Shown here: in pieces, positions 27,798 through 37,778 of the stretch
Position numbering within the stretch: the stretch's first letter is position 1
How the letters are laid out: each line of letters begins with the position of its first letter
Assembly (NCBI GenBank): GCA_963707025.1
Contig: CAVPOM010000004.1
Location: 224,001-288,000, forward strand
DNA from: an uncultured Verrucomicrobiae bacterium
Lineage (GTDB): Bacteria; Verrucomicrobiota; Verrucomicrobiia; Limisphaerales; Palsa-1400
Length of the DNA: 64,000 nucleotides
Direction: 5' to 3'
Position numbers and translations under genes: made by a program
The notes under the pieces: generated by a model
What the model was told of the DNA's origin: nothing
Seen by the model: only the letters and a program-made list of their open reading frames with translations
The model's database searches: none

Positions 27798-29504
27798 TTA
27801 ATCGGCATCGCCAGTGGTGGCGCGGATCACTTCATCGGCCGTGGTCAGCCCGGCCAGGACCTTGCGCGCCCCGTCTTCGCGCAACGTGCGCATGCCCATC
27901 TCGCGGGCCCGGGCGCGCAAGACGGAGGAGGAGACCCGCTCATAGATCAATTTGCGGGCCTCGTCGTCCAGGACGAAAATCTCAAAAATGCCAAAGCGGC
28001 CGCGATAAGTGGTTTTGTTGCAATCGCTGCAGCCCTTGCCCTGCATGCAGTTGGCCCCGGCCAATTGGCCGGCATCCAGGTTCAAACCCTTCAGCTCCGT
28101 GTCGCTGGGCGTATAGGGGGCGCCGCAACGCTTGCAGACTTTGCGCACCAGCCGCTGGGCCATCAAGGCGCGGACGGAGGAGGCGACCAGGAAGGGCTTG
28201 ACGCCGATGTCAATCAAACGGGTCACGGCGCTGGGAGCGTCGTTGGTATGGAGGGTGGAGAAGACCAGGTGCCCGGTGAGGGAGGCGTTGATGGCGATGG
28301 TGGCGGTTTCCACGTCGCGGATTTCCCCCAGCATGATGACGTTGGGGGCCTGGCGCAACATGGAGCGCAGGGCCATGGCGAAGGTCAGCCCGACGGTTTC
28401 GTTGACCTGCACCTGGTTGATGCCGGAGAGCAAATATTCCACCGGGTCCTCCACCGTGATGATCTTGCGGTCCGGGCGGTTGATGAAATTTAAACAGGAA
28501 TACAGGGTGGTGGTCTTGCCCGAACCGGTCGGGCCGGTCACCAGCAGGATGCCGTCCGGCAGGCCGATCAAGCGCTCAAAAGTCTGCTGGTCATCGGTGA
28601 AAAAGCCCAGTTCCGGCAGGCCCAGGCGCAATCCTTCCTTGTCCAATATACGCATGACGATGCTTTCCCCGTGATTGGTCGGAATGCAGGACACGCGCAG
28701 GTCAATCAACTTGCCTCCCACCGAGGTCTGAATGCGTCCGTCCTGCGGGATGCGCCGTTCGGCAATGGACATGGCGGACTGGATTTTGATGCGGCTGAGT
28801 ACGGCGGCTTGCAACCGCTTGGGCGGGCTTTTCATCTCATGGAGCATGCCGTCAATGCGGTAGCGCACCCGGAAGGTCTTGGAGAGCGGTTCCAAATGAA
28901 TGTCCGAGGCCCGCGCCCGGAAGGCTTCCACGATGAGCATGTTGACCAGCTTGATGATGGGGGCGTCGGCTTCCACGGTGGCGCCATCGTCCCCGATCTG
29001 CTTTTTGGCGCCCGCAATGTCCACTTCGCCCTCGGTGATTTCCTGGATCATGTTGGAGACCGACTCGTCCGCCGCCCCGTAGTATTTGTTGAGCGCGGCC
29101 TCGATGTCTTCCGGGGTGGCCACGCGCCACTCGATTTCGGCGTTGATCATGCGTTGCAGGCTGTCAATGGTGTCCAAATCGGACGGATCGGCCAGGGCCA
29201 CCGTGATGGCGTTGTTGTTTTTGGCCACCGGGATGGCCCGATATCGCTTGGCCACATGGCGCGGCACGGCGGCAATCACGTCATCGGGCAGGCGCAGGTT
29301 GCTTAAAGTGACGAATTCGTAGCCGAGATGGGAGGCCTTGGCCTGGGCCACATCGGAGGGCGAAACAATTTTGCGGGTCAGCAGCAGGTCCAGCAGCCCT
29401 TCGGAGTTGGCCTCGGCTTCCTCGCGCAACGGGGCCAGTTGCTCGGCGCTGACGCGCCCCATGTCCACCAATAAATCTACTAAATTGTCGTCTTTCGCGG
29501 CCAC
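27798..29504 (-). CDS. pilB: PilB/GspE-family extension ATPase
   Basis: [32 protein letters not shown], CxxC pairs; GTG start. Confidence 0.93.
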   Translation of the reverse strand: MAAKDDNLVDLLVDMGRVSAEQLAPLREEAEANSEGLLDLLLTRKIVSPSDVAQAKASHLGYEFVTLSNLRLPDDVIAAVPRHVAKRYRAIPVAKNNNAITVALADPSDLDTIDSLQRMINAEIEWRVATPEDIEAALNKYYGAADESVSNMIQEITEGEVDIAGAKKQIGDDGATVEADAPIIKLVNMLIVEAFRARASDIHLEPLSKTFRVRYRIDGMLHEMKSPPKRLQAAVLSRIKIQSAMSIAERRIPQDGRIQTSVGGKLIDLRVSCIPTNHGESIVMRILDKEGLRLGLPELGFFTDDQQTFERLIGLPDGILLVTGPTGSGKTTTLYSCLNFINRPDRKIITVEDPVEYLLSGINQVQVNETVGLTFAMALRSMLRQAPNVIMLGEIRDVETATIAINASLTGHLVFSTLHTNDAPSAVTRLIDIGVKPFLVASSVRALMAQRLVRKVCKRCGAPYTPSDTELKGLNLDAGQLAGANCMQGKGCSDCNKTTYRGRFGIFEIFVLDDEARKLIYERVSSSVLRARAREMGMRTLREDGARKVLAGLTTADEVIRATTGDAD

Positions 29505-29837
29505 AATTCACCTTTGGTTCAATCGGTCTTCATCCTGAAAGAAATCCATTGTACAGGCCCCCCTTGGCCCTTGTCCATCAAAGAATAATGAAGTGAGAAT
29601 GGTGAATTGAGATGAAAAATCCCGGCTTTCACCATGCACTATTCCTGGCCCGCCTGCGCTCGTTTTCATAAAGAAAGAGAGGCCGCCTGGCGGAAGAGCG
29701 GTCTGTTCGATGTCTCAAATTGGGTCCCCACCCCCTTTTTAACCCGCTTTACCCTTTTTTCCCCGCTTTATACTGATGTCTCCTCGGCGTTTTTGGCTCT
29801 TCCTTCCAAACGACCTCTCTATCTGTCCGATTCTATG

Positions 29838-29854
29838 AGCCTAATCTGTGCCAA
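29838..29854 (-). promoter_or_regulatory. Putative sigma54 (-24/-12) promoter facing the pil operon
   Basis: TTGGCACAGATTAGGCT (GG-N10-GC). Confidence 0.45.
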
Positions 29855-30069
29855 GATGAGAAACCAGGCCGGCCGTTCAACCCAGGACTCTGATATACGG
29901 AGCAAGAAATGTAAAAGGAACAGAGCGGCCTGTTGTGGCCAGCCGGCGCGCCGCGCTTTTCACGCATTGTGCGTTTTTTTCACGCATTCCAGCCATCGGA
30001 ACGGAGGGTCTTTTTATTGGATTTTCTGCCGGGAATGGGCCTGGGCGGGGAAACGCTGGCCAGGATCAG

Positions 30070-30190
30070 GAAACAACAAAGGCTGCCTGGGGAGAATCGT
30101 CGGACTGAACGGACTTCTCAGAACCGGTTCCCCAAAGCCACCTCCTTTAGCTTTAACCGGTTCTAAGAAACTTCCCCCAGGCAGCCCGTG
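30070..30190 (-). ncRNA. Candidate structured small RNA
   Basis: Nested inverted repeats GGCTGCCTGGGG/CCCCAGGCAGCC, AGAACCGGTT/AACCGGTTCT and AAAGC/GCTTT with loop TAAAGGAGGTG. U-rich tail; sigma54-like site at 30201-30216. Confidence 0.4.
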
Positions 30191-30360
30191 CATGAACGCA
30201 AGCGTAAGTTGTGCCATCTGTTTTCCAACCGGCAATACGAGGAGGAAGCATGGCAGAACTGACCGGGGCAAATTGCAAAATGCAATCAACTAAAAAAAAA
30301 TGCACGGGCGGCCGCGACAAACACTTTGCCTGGCGCCAGCGGCCGGATTAATCTGCGCGC

Positions 30361-31473
30361 ATGAAAATAGCGCCGGCGTTTCATCCGCCCAAACGGCTGA
30401 TGATGGGCCCCGGCCCCGGCCAGGTTGCCCCCGCCGTCCTCCAGGCCATGGCCCAACCGATCATCGGCATCATGGACCCGGCATTTTTGCGGTTGATGGA
30501 GGAAAGCCAGGCCATGCTGCGGGCCGTCTTCTTGACAAAGAATGAGCTGACCTTTCCCGTCAGCGGCACGGGCAGCGCCGGGATGGAGTTCTGCCTGGCC
30601 AACCTGGTCGAGCCGGGGGACGAGGTGGTGGTGGGAATCAACGGCTCCTTCGGCCTGCGCATGGCGGACATGGCGGAGCGTTGCGGCGCGCGGGTGAGCC
30701 GGGTGGAGGCCGAATGGGGCCGGATCATCGAGCCGGAACAAATGGCGGCGGCGCTGAAGAACAAGCGGCCCAAACTGGTGGCCCTGGCGCACGGGGAAAC
30801 TTCCACCGGGGTGCTGACGCCGACGGAGGAGATTGGCCGGCTGGCGCGGGAGGCGGGGGCCTTGTTTATGCTGGACACCGTGGTGACGCTCGGCGGTTGC
30901 CCGGTGCGGGTGGATCAATGGGGGGTGGACGCGGCCTTCAGCGCGTCGCAAAAGTGCCTGGGTTGCCCGCCGGGGCTGGCGCCGGTGTCGCTGAGCGCGC
31001 GGGCGGTGGCGGCGATGGGCCAACGCCGGCGCCCCAGCCAGAGCTGGTACCTGGACGGCAACCTGCTGGCCGGCTACTGGGGGCCGGGGCACGGCTACCA
31101 CCACACCACGCCGATCAACATGAACTACGGCCTGCACGAGGCCCTGCGCCTGGCCCTGCAGGAGGGACTGGCAAAGCGCTGGCGGCGGCACGAGCAAAAT
31201 TTCCTCGCGCTGAAGAGAGGTTTGACAGGTCTCGGCCTGGAGACGGCCGGGCAGCCGGAACATCCGCTCTGGCCGCTGACGGCGGTGCGGGCGCCGGCGG
31301 GGGTGGACGCGGGAGCGGTGCGGACAAAATTGTTGACTGATTTCAACATCGAGGTGGGCGAGGGCTTCGGGCCGTGGCGGGGAAAAGTCTGGCGGGTGGG
31401 GCTGATGGGGGACAGCTCGCGGGGTGAATACGTGGAGGCTTTCCTGGCGGCGATGAAAGAATTGCTGCGGTAG
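30361..31473 (+). CDS. Alanine-glyoxylate/serine-pyruvate aminotransferase (class V PLP enzyme)
   Basis: LMMGPGP, GTGSAGME, HGETSTG, SQKCLGCPPGLAP, YHHT, WRVGLMG. Confidence 0.93.
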   Translation: MKIAPAFHPPKRLMMGPGPGQVAPAVLQAMAQPIIGIMDPAFLRLMEESQAMLRAVFLTKNELTFPVSGTGSAGMEFCLANLVEPGDEVVVGINGSFGLRMADMAERCGARVSRVEAEWGRIIEPEQMAAALKNKRPKLVALAHGETSTGVLTPTEEIGRLAREAGALFMLDTVVTLGGCPVRVDQWGVDAAFSASQKCLGCPPGLAPVSLSARAVAAMGQRRRPSQSWYLDGNLLAGYWGPGHGYHHTTPINMNYGLHEALRLALQEGLAKRWRRHEQNFLALKRGLTGLGLETAGQPEHPLWPLTAVRAPAGVDAGAVRTKLLTDFNIEVGEGFGPWRGKVWRVGLMGDSSRGEYVEAFLAAMKELLR

Positions 31474-31554
31474 AGAACTTTCTGCCAAATATCCGGGGCG
31501 GCGATCCTACACACCTCCGGGCCGGTGCATAAATCATGGATTAACAGGATGGGG

Positions 31555-31582
31555 AGGATTAGGATTAGGATTAAGATTAGGA
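31555..31582 (+). repeat. 6-bp (A/G)GATTA tandem repeat
   Basis: AGGATTAGGATTAGGATTAAGATTAGGA between convergent genes; same unit at 45664-45748. Confidence 0.7.
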
Positions 31583-31620
31583 ATTCGAGCCTGTCCAAAC
31601 GGCAATAGTGTCCATACTAA

Positions 31621-32319
31621 TTATCGCGGCGCGGCCCCATAGACCAGGAACAGCTCGGGGCCGGCCCGTTTCATGGAGACCAGTTGCAGGCGCGCGGCCT
31701 GGGCCAGATGTTGGACTCCTTCGCCCGCCGCCAGGGTGGGGGCTTCCCGCCCGCCGAAAAGGAGGGGACAGATGGTCAGGTGGGTTTCCTGGACAAGCCC
31801 GGCCTGGAACAGCGCGGCGTTGAGTTCGCCGCCGCCTTCGCAGAGCAGCCTTTTGACCCCCCACTTTTTTTTCAACCAGCCCAGGGCGGCGCGGAGGTCG
31901 AGTTTGTGCCGTCCAAAAATCCTGACTTCATCGGCCACGGCGCGCAGGCGGCGCAGTCTGGCCGGCGCGATGCGGGCGGTGGTGAGAATAAGGATGGGGG
32001 AAAAGCGGTGCCGGAAGATTTCGGCGCGCGGGTCAATGGAGCCGGTTCCACTGACGATGACGCGCAGATTGTATTCGGCCAGGCCGCGTTTGAGGCGGCG
32101 GCGGCGGTATTTGGCCGGCCCCGGCCCCAGGTTGACGGGGAACGAATTGACGGTGCGCGCGCCGCACATCACCGCGTCGGCAGTGGCGCGCAGTTCCAAC
32201 AGATGTTGCTGGTCGCGCCGGCTGCCAAAGGGGACGAAACGGCGGCTGGCCGGGGCGATTTTGCCGTCGGCGGTCATGGCGACGTTAAGGAAAACGAAGG
32301 GGAGTAGGGGGGGGGCCAT
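31621..32319 (-). CDS. RibD C-terminal domain / dihydrofolate-reductase-like reductase
   Basis: AMTADGKI, LRATADAVMCGART, LLCEGGGELN. Confidence 0.88.
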   Translation of the reverse strand: MAPPLLPFVFLNVAMTADGKIAPASRRFVPFGSRRDQQHLLELRATADAVMCGARTVNSFPVNLGPGPAKYRRRRLKRGLAEYNLRVIVSGTGSIDPRAEIFRHRFSPILILTTARIAPARLRRLRAVADEVRIFGRHKLDLRAALGWLKKKWGVKRLLCEGGGELNAALFQAGLVQETHLTICPLLFGGREAPTLAAGEGVQHLAQAARLQLVSMKRAGPELFLVYGAAPR

Positions 32320-32657
32320 AACTGAAATTAAGTGAAATCAAGTGAAAAAAGCGCTGGCGCTGTCAACCGCGAAAATGGCGAAATACGCGAACTCCCGGTG
32401 GAAAGGCGGAGTAATGGAGTGGGGGAGTGATGGTCAAGGTTGACCAAAATGGTTTGACCATTACGCCCCTGGCCTGGATCTCGGACTGTCGCTACGCCTC
32501 TCACCGCAGCTAGTGTAACCATAGAGTATAAGTTTGTCAAGCCCGGGTTGCGAAATCATCGCGCGGTGGAAGATAATCGAATTGACGGCTTGATTTTGGG
32601 TGGCGGGGGCGATACGTTCTTTGGCGGGGGCCGATTGCAACAATAAATGCCAACTTC

Positions 32658-33017
32658 ATGAATCATCCTGCGGTTTTCATTTTCACGGCGATCCTCGGCA
32701 CCATTGCCGGGGCCTTCTCGCAGCGGTTTCGCGCCTCCGGGGCGATGGCCCTGATGTTGCCGATGGCGCCGGGATTGGCTTGTTGGCTGACTGTGGCGGG
32801 GCATTGGGGTTGACAGGATCTGATGCCGGTGCTCATGGTGAGCATCCTCTGCCTGATGACGCCGTTTGCGGTCATGTACGGCTTCCACGCGCGGCGCAAA
32901 GCGCCGGAGCGGGCGCTGGCCTGGGCCGGGTTGGTGCTGTCGCTGGTGGTGTTTGTTCCTTTTGTCATGGTGATGATTGTCTCAGCCCTGAACCTCGGAG
33001 CGGCCTTCTGCCGTTGA
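32658..33017 (+). pseudogene. Small multi-TM membrane protein interrupted by an in-frame TGA at 32811
   Basis: MNHPAVFIFTAILG...AGHWG*QDLMPVLMVSIL... the hydrophobic frame continues across the stop. Confidence 0.5.
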
Positions 33018-33260
33018 CATGGCGGTGGACAAGCACGGATGTCACGGCTCGAGTCTCGCCCTGCCGCGGAAGAGAATGCAAAAAGAAGAACCCTCACCTT
33101 GGTCCTCTCCCGCGGGGAGAGGAGAGAGCAAGCGGCCGTCGTGGGTGGCTGGCTGGTTGTAGGGGCAATGCAGGGGAGGGGTGTTCGGGATTCGAGGGCT
33201 CGAACGGAGTCTCGCCCTACCGGGGGTGGAGAAGGTGGATGAACTACGGAGGGGGTTTGG

Positions 33261-33791
33261 CTAAGGCAATACTTGGATGGTGTCGCCGGGTTGGAGGGGC
33301 ATGTCCTCGCCGTTGAGGAGGGCGCTGGCCTTGATGTCGGTGGGGATGCCGTCGCGGATGACGCGGATGAGGCGGGGATTGAGATAGCCGGTGTAGTCGG
33401 CCGCGACGATGGCTTTGGCCAGGGTCAGTTCTTCGGTCCAGGGGATGATGGAGTTGCGCACCTCGCCGGTGACGTGGACGATTTTGGGCTTGGGACCCGA
33501 TTGTGCCAGGGCCTGCTCCTGGCCGGCGACGTAGGCTTGCTGGGCCTCGAGGCGGGCGCGGCTTTTTGTCTCGCAGCCGGTCGCGAAGGAAAGGAGTATT
33601 GACAAGAGGGCGGCGAGGCGAAGCCACGGCCAAAGCGATTTTGAAAATGACCGGAGGAATGTCAGGGGAATGTTTGTCAGGGGAATGGAAAGCGCCGACC
33701 GGACGCCGCAGCGCGGCGTCCCTACCACCCAAGACCGACGCCTCGCAAAGGAAAGAAGGCTGACGGCGGAATCCTGGCAGGACAGAACCAT
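33261..33791 (-). CDS. Putative lipoprotein with SLBB/beta-grasp-like domain (true start probably downstream, near 33640)
   Basis: LLSFATGC lipobox; VHVTGEVR...LTLAKAI...LQPGDTIQV. Confidence 0.65.
   Translation of the reverse strand: MVLSCQDSAVSLLSFARRRSWVVGTPRCGVRSALSIPLTNIPLTFLRSFSKSLWPWLRLAALLSILLSFATGCETKSRARLEAQQAYVAGQEQALAQSGPKPKIVHVTGEVRNSIIPWTEELTLAKAIVAADYTGYLNPRLIRVIRDGIPTDIKASALLNGEDMPLQPGDTIQVLP
33702..33726 (-). repeat. GTAG-type REP-like palindrome
   Basis: GGTAG-GGACGCCGCGCTGCGGCGTC. Confidence 0.6.
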
Positions 33792-33800
33792 AAAAGAGTT

Positions 33801-34283
33801 TTAACAGCTTGTCGGGACTTGTTGCAGGACTTCCACGCAATGGGGTATGGAGGCGGCGACGAAGCCCAGGCATTCCACCGCGCCAGCGGGCTTGCCGGGG
33901 AGACAAATGACCAGGGATTGATCCACCACGGCGGCCAGGTTGCGGGAGAGGATGGCGTTTTTGGTGATTTTCATGGATTCCAAACGCATGACTTCGCCGA
34001 AACCGGGGAGTTCGCGCGAGGCAATTTCGCGGATGGCTTCGGGGGTGAGGTCGCGCAGGGCGACGCCGGTGCCGCCGGTGGTGAGGACCAGATGGCAGCC
34101 CTGGCCGATTTGCCCGCGGATGGCGCGCTGGATTTCTCCCTTGTCGTCGGGGACGAGAGTGTGGGCGGCGACGCGCCAGCCGTAGCCGCGCGCCGCCTGC
34201 TGCAAGGCCGGGCCGCCCAGGTCCTCATACTCGCCCCGCGCGGCGCGGTCGGAGATGGTGATGATGCCGGCGTTTATTTGCAT
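33801..34283 (-). CDS. mogA: Molybdopterin adenylyltransferase MogA
   Basis: ITISDRA...YEDLGG, TTGGTG..RDLTPEA, PGFGE, SRN, LPGKP. Confidence 0.9.
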   Translation of the reverse strand: MQINAGIITISDRAARGEYEDLGGPALQQAARGYGWRVAAHTLVPDDKGEIQRAIRGQIGQGCHLVLTTGGTGVALRDLTPEAIREIASRELPGFGEVMRLESMKITKNAILSRNLAAVVDQSLVICLPGKPAGAVECLGFVAASIPHCVEVLQQVPTSC

Positions 34284-34741
34284 GGGGCCCGGCTTTTTGT
34301 TTTTGACACGAGTTTGATCCCGGTGATGCTCATCGTTTTGTCAACGGCTTTGCACATGTCGTAAATGGTCAAGGCGGCGACGCTGACGGCGGTGAGGGCC
34401 TCCATCTCGACGCCGGTCGGGGCGGTGATGGTGGCCGAGGCGGTGATGACGACGCGGTCGCGGCTGGGCGGGATATGGAAATCCACGGCGCAATGGGTGA
34501 GGGACAAAGGATGGCACAAGGGGATGAGGCCGGCGGTTTTTTTGGCGGCCATCAGGCCGGCCAGGCGGGCGGTGGCCAGGACGTTGCCCTTGGCGATGCG
34601 CTGTTTTTCCAGGGCGGCGAGGGTGGCGGGTTGAAGGCGGATTTCGCCGCGGGCGACGGCGTGGCGGCAGAGGGCGGGCTTGGCGGAAACGTCCACCATT
34701 CTGGCAGCGCCGGCGGCGTCGAGGTGCGAGAATTTTTTCAT
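34274..34741 (-). CDS. moaC: Cyclic pyranopterin monophosphate synthase MoaC
   Basis: MVDVSAK, LIPLCHP, TGVEMEALT, IYDMCKAVD. Confidence 0.96.
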   Translation of the reverse strand: MKKFSHLDAAGAARMVDVSAKPALCRHAVARGEIRLQPATLAALEKQRIAKGNVLATARLAGLMAAKKTAGLIPLCHPLSLTHCAVDFHIPPSRDRVVITASATITAPTGVEMEALTAVSVAALTIYDMCKAVDKTMSITGIKLVSKTKSRAPCK

Positions 34742-35517
34742 GGGTCCGCGGCCGGGCCGGCCACGCTCTCCTGCCATTCAACCACGGCGGCGCGCATTTG
34801 TTGTCCCAAACCCCAGTTTTTTTTCACATGGCGCGGGATGTAGCCGGGGGAAGTTCCGAGCAGATCGGTGACGACGAGGATTTGGCCGTCGCAATCGGAA
34901 CCGGCGGCGATGCCGATGGTGGGGATGGGAATCTGCCGGGTGATTTCGCGGGCGACGGGCGGGGTGACCAGTTCCAAAACCAGGGCGAAGGCGCCGGCTT
35001 GGGCCAGGGCCTGGGCGTCGGCCAGGAGGTTGTCCCGTTCGGTGTCGGTTTTGCCTTTGACGTGGTAGCCTTTTTCTTCCAGCACGCTTTGCGGGAGCAT
35101 TCCCAAATGGCCCAGGAACGGAATGCCGTCGGCCAAAATGGCGCGCGCTTGGGGGAGGATGGCGCGGCCGCCCTCGGCTTTGACCGCCTCGGCGCCGGCG
35201 GCGATGAGACGGCGGGCGGTGGCCAGGGCCTGGGCCGGAGACTGGTAAGAATGAAAGGGCATGTCGGCGACCAGGAGGGCCTGGGGCTTGGCGCGGGCGG
35301 CGGCGCGGACGTGATGTTCCATTTCGGCGAGGGTGACCAGGGTGGTGTCGGGGTAGCCGAGCACGACCATGCCGAGGGTATCGCCGACCAGAATCAAGGG
35401 GATGCCGGCGTCGTCGAGCAGCCTGGCCATGGGATAATCGTAGGCGGTGAGGGCGGCGATGCGGCGGCGGTTTTTCATGCCGCGAATGCCGGCGGCGGTG
35501 ATTTTGGTGGTGCTCAT
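34738..35517 (-). CDS. panB: 3-methyl-2-oxobutanoate hydroxymethyltransferase
   Basis: LTAYD, LVGDTLGM, ADMPF, KAEGG, GHLG.LPQ, PTIGI, CDGQILV. Confidence 0.96.
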   Translation of the reverse strand: MSTTKITAAGIRGMKNRRRIAALTAYDYPMARLLDDAGIPLILVGDTLGMVVLGYPDTTLVTLAEMEHHVRAAARAKPQALLVADMPFHSYQSPAQALATARRLIAAGAEAVKAEGGRAILPQARAILADGIPFLGHLGMLPQSVLEEKGYHVKGKTDTERDNLLADAQALAQAGAFALVLELVTPPVAREITRQIPIPTIGIAAGSDCDGQILVVTDLLGTSPGYIPRHVKKNWGLGQQMRAAVVEWQESVAGPAADP

Positions 35518-35521
35518 CAGA

Positions 35522-36544
35522 TTAGTGTTCCCCCGCAAAACTGGCGAGCAATTCGCCCGGGGTGACGGTGGCGGTGCCGATTTTGCCCACCACCACCCCG
35601 GCGGCGTGGTTGGAGAAAAACGCGGCCTCGACGGGCGTCGCTCCCGCCACGATGGCCAGGGTGAAAGAGGCGATGACGGTATCGCCCGCGCCGGAGACAT
35701 CGAAAACTTCGCGGGCGGCGGTGGGGACATGGAAGGGTTGCTGGCCGCGCTGGCAGAGGAGAAGGCCCTGTTCGCCGAGGGTGATGAGGAGCAGGGCCGG
35801 TTGCAGCTCCGCCAGCAGCTTGTCAGCCACGCGCTGCAACCCGGCGTCCTTGGACGGTTCGGCGCCGTGGAGGTCGTCGGGAAGGCCGGCCAGTTCAAAG
35901 GCTTCCTTGCGGTTGGGGGTCAGGAGGGACAGGCCGGACAAGTCCAAACGATGGGAGGGCTTGGGGTCCACGCTGAGCCAGACTCCGCGCGCGCGGCACA
36001 ATCGCCTGGCCTCGTCCAACAGCGGCTGGGTGATGACGCCTTTGGCGTAGTCGCCCAGGATCAAGGCGTCGGCGCGCTGGAGCGATTTGGCCAGGGCGGC
36101 CAGGAGGCGGGCGGTGGTTTTGTCATCCACGTCGCCGGCGGATTCGCGGTCCACCCGCACCACTTGCTGGCGATGGGCGACGATGCGGGTCTTGATGCTG
36201 GTCAGGCGATTGGGGCAGGCGAGAATGCCCGAACAAGCCACCCCATCCTGCGAGAGCAATTGCCGGAGCCGGCCCGCGGCGTCGTCGTGACCGGAGACGC
36301 CGAGCAAATCGGTGGCGACGCGCAAGTGGGCCAGGTTGCGGGCCACATTGCCCGCGCCGCCGGGAATGAAACTCTCGCGCTCAAATTCCACGACGGGCAC
36401 GGGGGCTTCGGGGGAGATGCGGGCGACCGTGCCCCAGAGGAATTGGTCCAGCATAACGTCGCCCAGCACCGTCACCCGGGCGCGGCTGGCGGCGGAAAGC
36501 AGTTGGCGGACGCGGGAGAGAGGAAGATTTTTGCTCATGGCCAT
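35522..36544 (-). CDS. rfaE1: D-glycero-beta-D-manno-heptose-7-phosphate kinase (RfaE domain I / HldA)
   Basis: GDVMLD, RISPEAPVPV, GGAGNVA, DYAKG, TPNRKE, DVSGAGDT. Confidence 0.93.
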   Translation of the reverse strand: MAMSKNLPLSRVRQLLSAASRARVTVLGDVMLDQFLWGTVARISPEAPVPVVEFERESFIPGGAGNVARNLAHLRVATDLLGVSGHDDAAGRLRQLLSQDGVACSGILACPNRLTSIKTRIVAHRQQVVRVDRESAGDVDDKTTARLLAALAKSLQRADALILGDYAKGVITQPLLDEARRLCRARGVWLSVDPKPSHRLDLSGLSLLTPNRKEAFELAGLPDDLHGAEPSKDAGLQRVADKLLAELQPALLLITLGEQGLLLCQRGQQPFHVPTAAREVFDVSGAGDTVIASFTLAIVAGATPVEAAFFSNHAAGVVVGKIGTATVTPGELLASFAGEH

Positions 36545-36612
36545 GGCGAAAAAGCGGCGCGCGATCCGACAAAGGCATTCCAAGGCATGTGGCCGGCGAG
36601 ACGCCGGGCACT

Positions 36613-36636
36613 GCGGGCGAGGACGCCCGCGCTCCC
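36613..36636 (-). repeat. GGAG-type REP-like palindrome
   Basis: GGGAG-CGCGGGCGTCCTCGCCCGC. Confidence 0.6.
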
Positions 36637-36679
36637 AAGAAAACTTTCAGATGCGCGGCTAAAGCTCATGGTTGTGATA

Positions 36680-37477
36680 CTAGGCGTCATTGGCCAAAAA
36701 GGCGGTGAGCGGGCTGGTCGGGCTGGCGGCGGTTTGCGGGGAGGACAGGCCGATTTCGTGGGCGTCGCGCCCGGCCTGGACGGCGGCCATGAAGGCGCGG
36801 GCCATGCGGCAGGGATCGCCGGCCACGGCAATGGCGGTATTGACCAGCACGGCGTCGGCGCCCATTTCCATGGCTTGGGCGGCATGGCTGGGGGCGCCGA
36901 TGCCGGCATCCACGACGACGGGCACGACGGCTTGCTCGATGATGATGCGGAGTTGTTCGCGGGTGTCCAGACCGCGGTTGGAGCCGATGGGCGAACCCAG
37001 GGGCATGACGGTGGCGACGCCGGCATCCTGCAATCGTTTGGCCAGCACGGGATCGGCGTTGATGTAGGGCAGAACGACGAAGCCTTCCTTGACCAGGATT
37101 TCGGCGGCGGCGAGGGTTTCGACGGGATCGGGCAGGAGATAGCGCGGGTCGGGATGAATTTCCAGTTTGATCCAATTGGGCAGTCCGGCGGCCAGGGCCA
37201 GGCGCGCCAGGCGGACGGCTTCGGCGGCGTTGATGGCGCCGCTGGTGTTGGGGAGAAGGAGGTATTTTTTGGGATCAACGAATTCGAGGATGTTGGCGAA
37301 GGGATCGCCCTGGCCGGAGAGATCGGCGCGGCGCAGGGCCACGGTGACGATTTGCGTGCCGCTGGCCGCCAGGGCATCGCGCATCAATTCGGGCGAGGAA
37401 AATTTGCCGGTGCCGATGAGGAGCCGGGACTGGAACTCCCGGCCGGCAATGAGCAGCGGTGTGGGCAGCGAAAACAT
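36680..37477 (-). CDS. thiG: Thiazole synthase
   Basis: [45 protein letters not shown]. Confidence 0.97.
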   Translation of the reverse strand: MFSLPTPLLIAGREFQSRLLIGTGKFSSPELMRDALAASGTQIVTVALRRADLSGQGDPFANILEFVDPKKYLLLPNTSGAINAAEAVRLARLALAAGLPNWIKLEIHPDPRYLLPDPVETLAAAEILVKEGFVVLPYINADPVLAKRLQDAGVATVMPLGSPIGSNRGLDTREQLRIIIEQAVVPVVVDAGIGAPSHAAQAMEMGADAVLVNTAIAVAGDPCRMARAFMAAVQAGRDAHEIGLSSPQTAASPTSPLTAFLANDA

Positions 37478-37567
37478 CGGGGGAAGATAACGCGAGGTGC
37501 GGCGGGGTTGAAAGTGTAAAGTGCGATTCTTGCGGGCCGGAAGGTGTTTGGCGGGACGCCAAACACG

Positions 37568-37683
37568 GCGTGCGAGACGCACGCGCTCCCCGAAACCGCC
37601 GTTGCCCGGCCAGATCCGCTGAAGAGTGAAAGGATTGGGAGCGCGACCGTCCCGGTCGCGGTGGGGAGCATCCCGCGCCCCAC
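37568..37683. repeat. Pair of GGAG-type REP-like palindromes
   Basis: GCGTGCGAGACGCACGCGCTCCC and GGGAGCGCGACCGTCCCGGTCGCG. Confidence 0.55.
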
Positions 37684-37778
37684 TTCTTCTCCGATTTGTT
37701 CCCTTGCCTTTGCCTTCGCATGGGCAATCATTTCTCCGTGGTGCCGGTGGCATGAAGGGTTTTCTCTTCGATGAAAGA

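Noticed and set aside
29634..30293. 219-aa and 91-aa ORFs upstream of pilB
   Set aside because: Atypical composition, no motifs, and they overlap the promoter-like and structured non-coding elements.
32811..32813. Selenocysteine or recoded UGA
   Set aside because: No Cys/Sec-type redox context and no evident SECIS; other genes here use TGA as stop. TGG>TGA mutation or a sequencing error is simpler.
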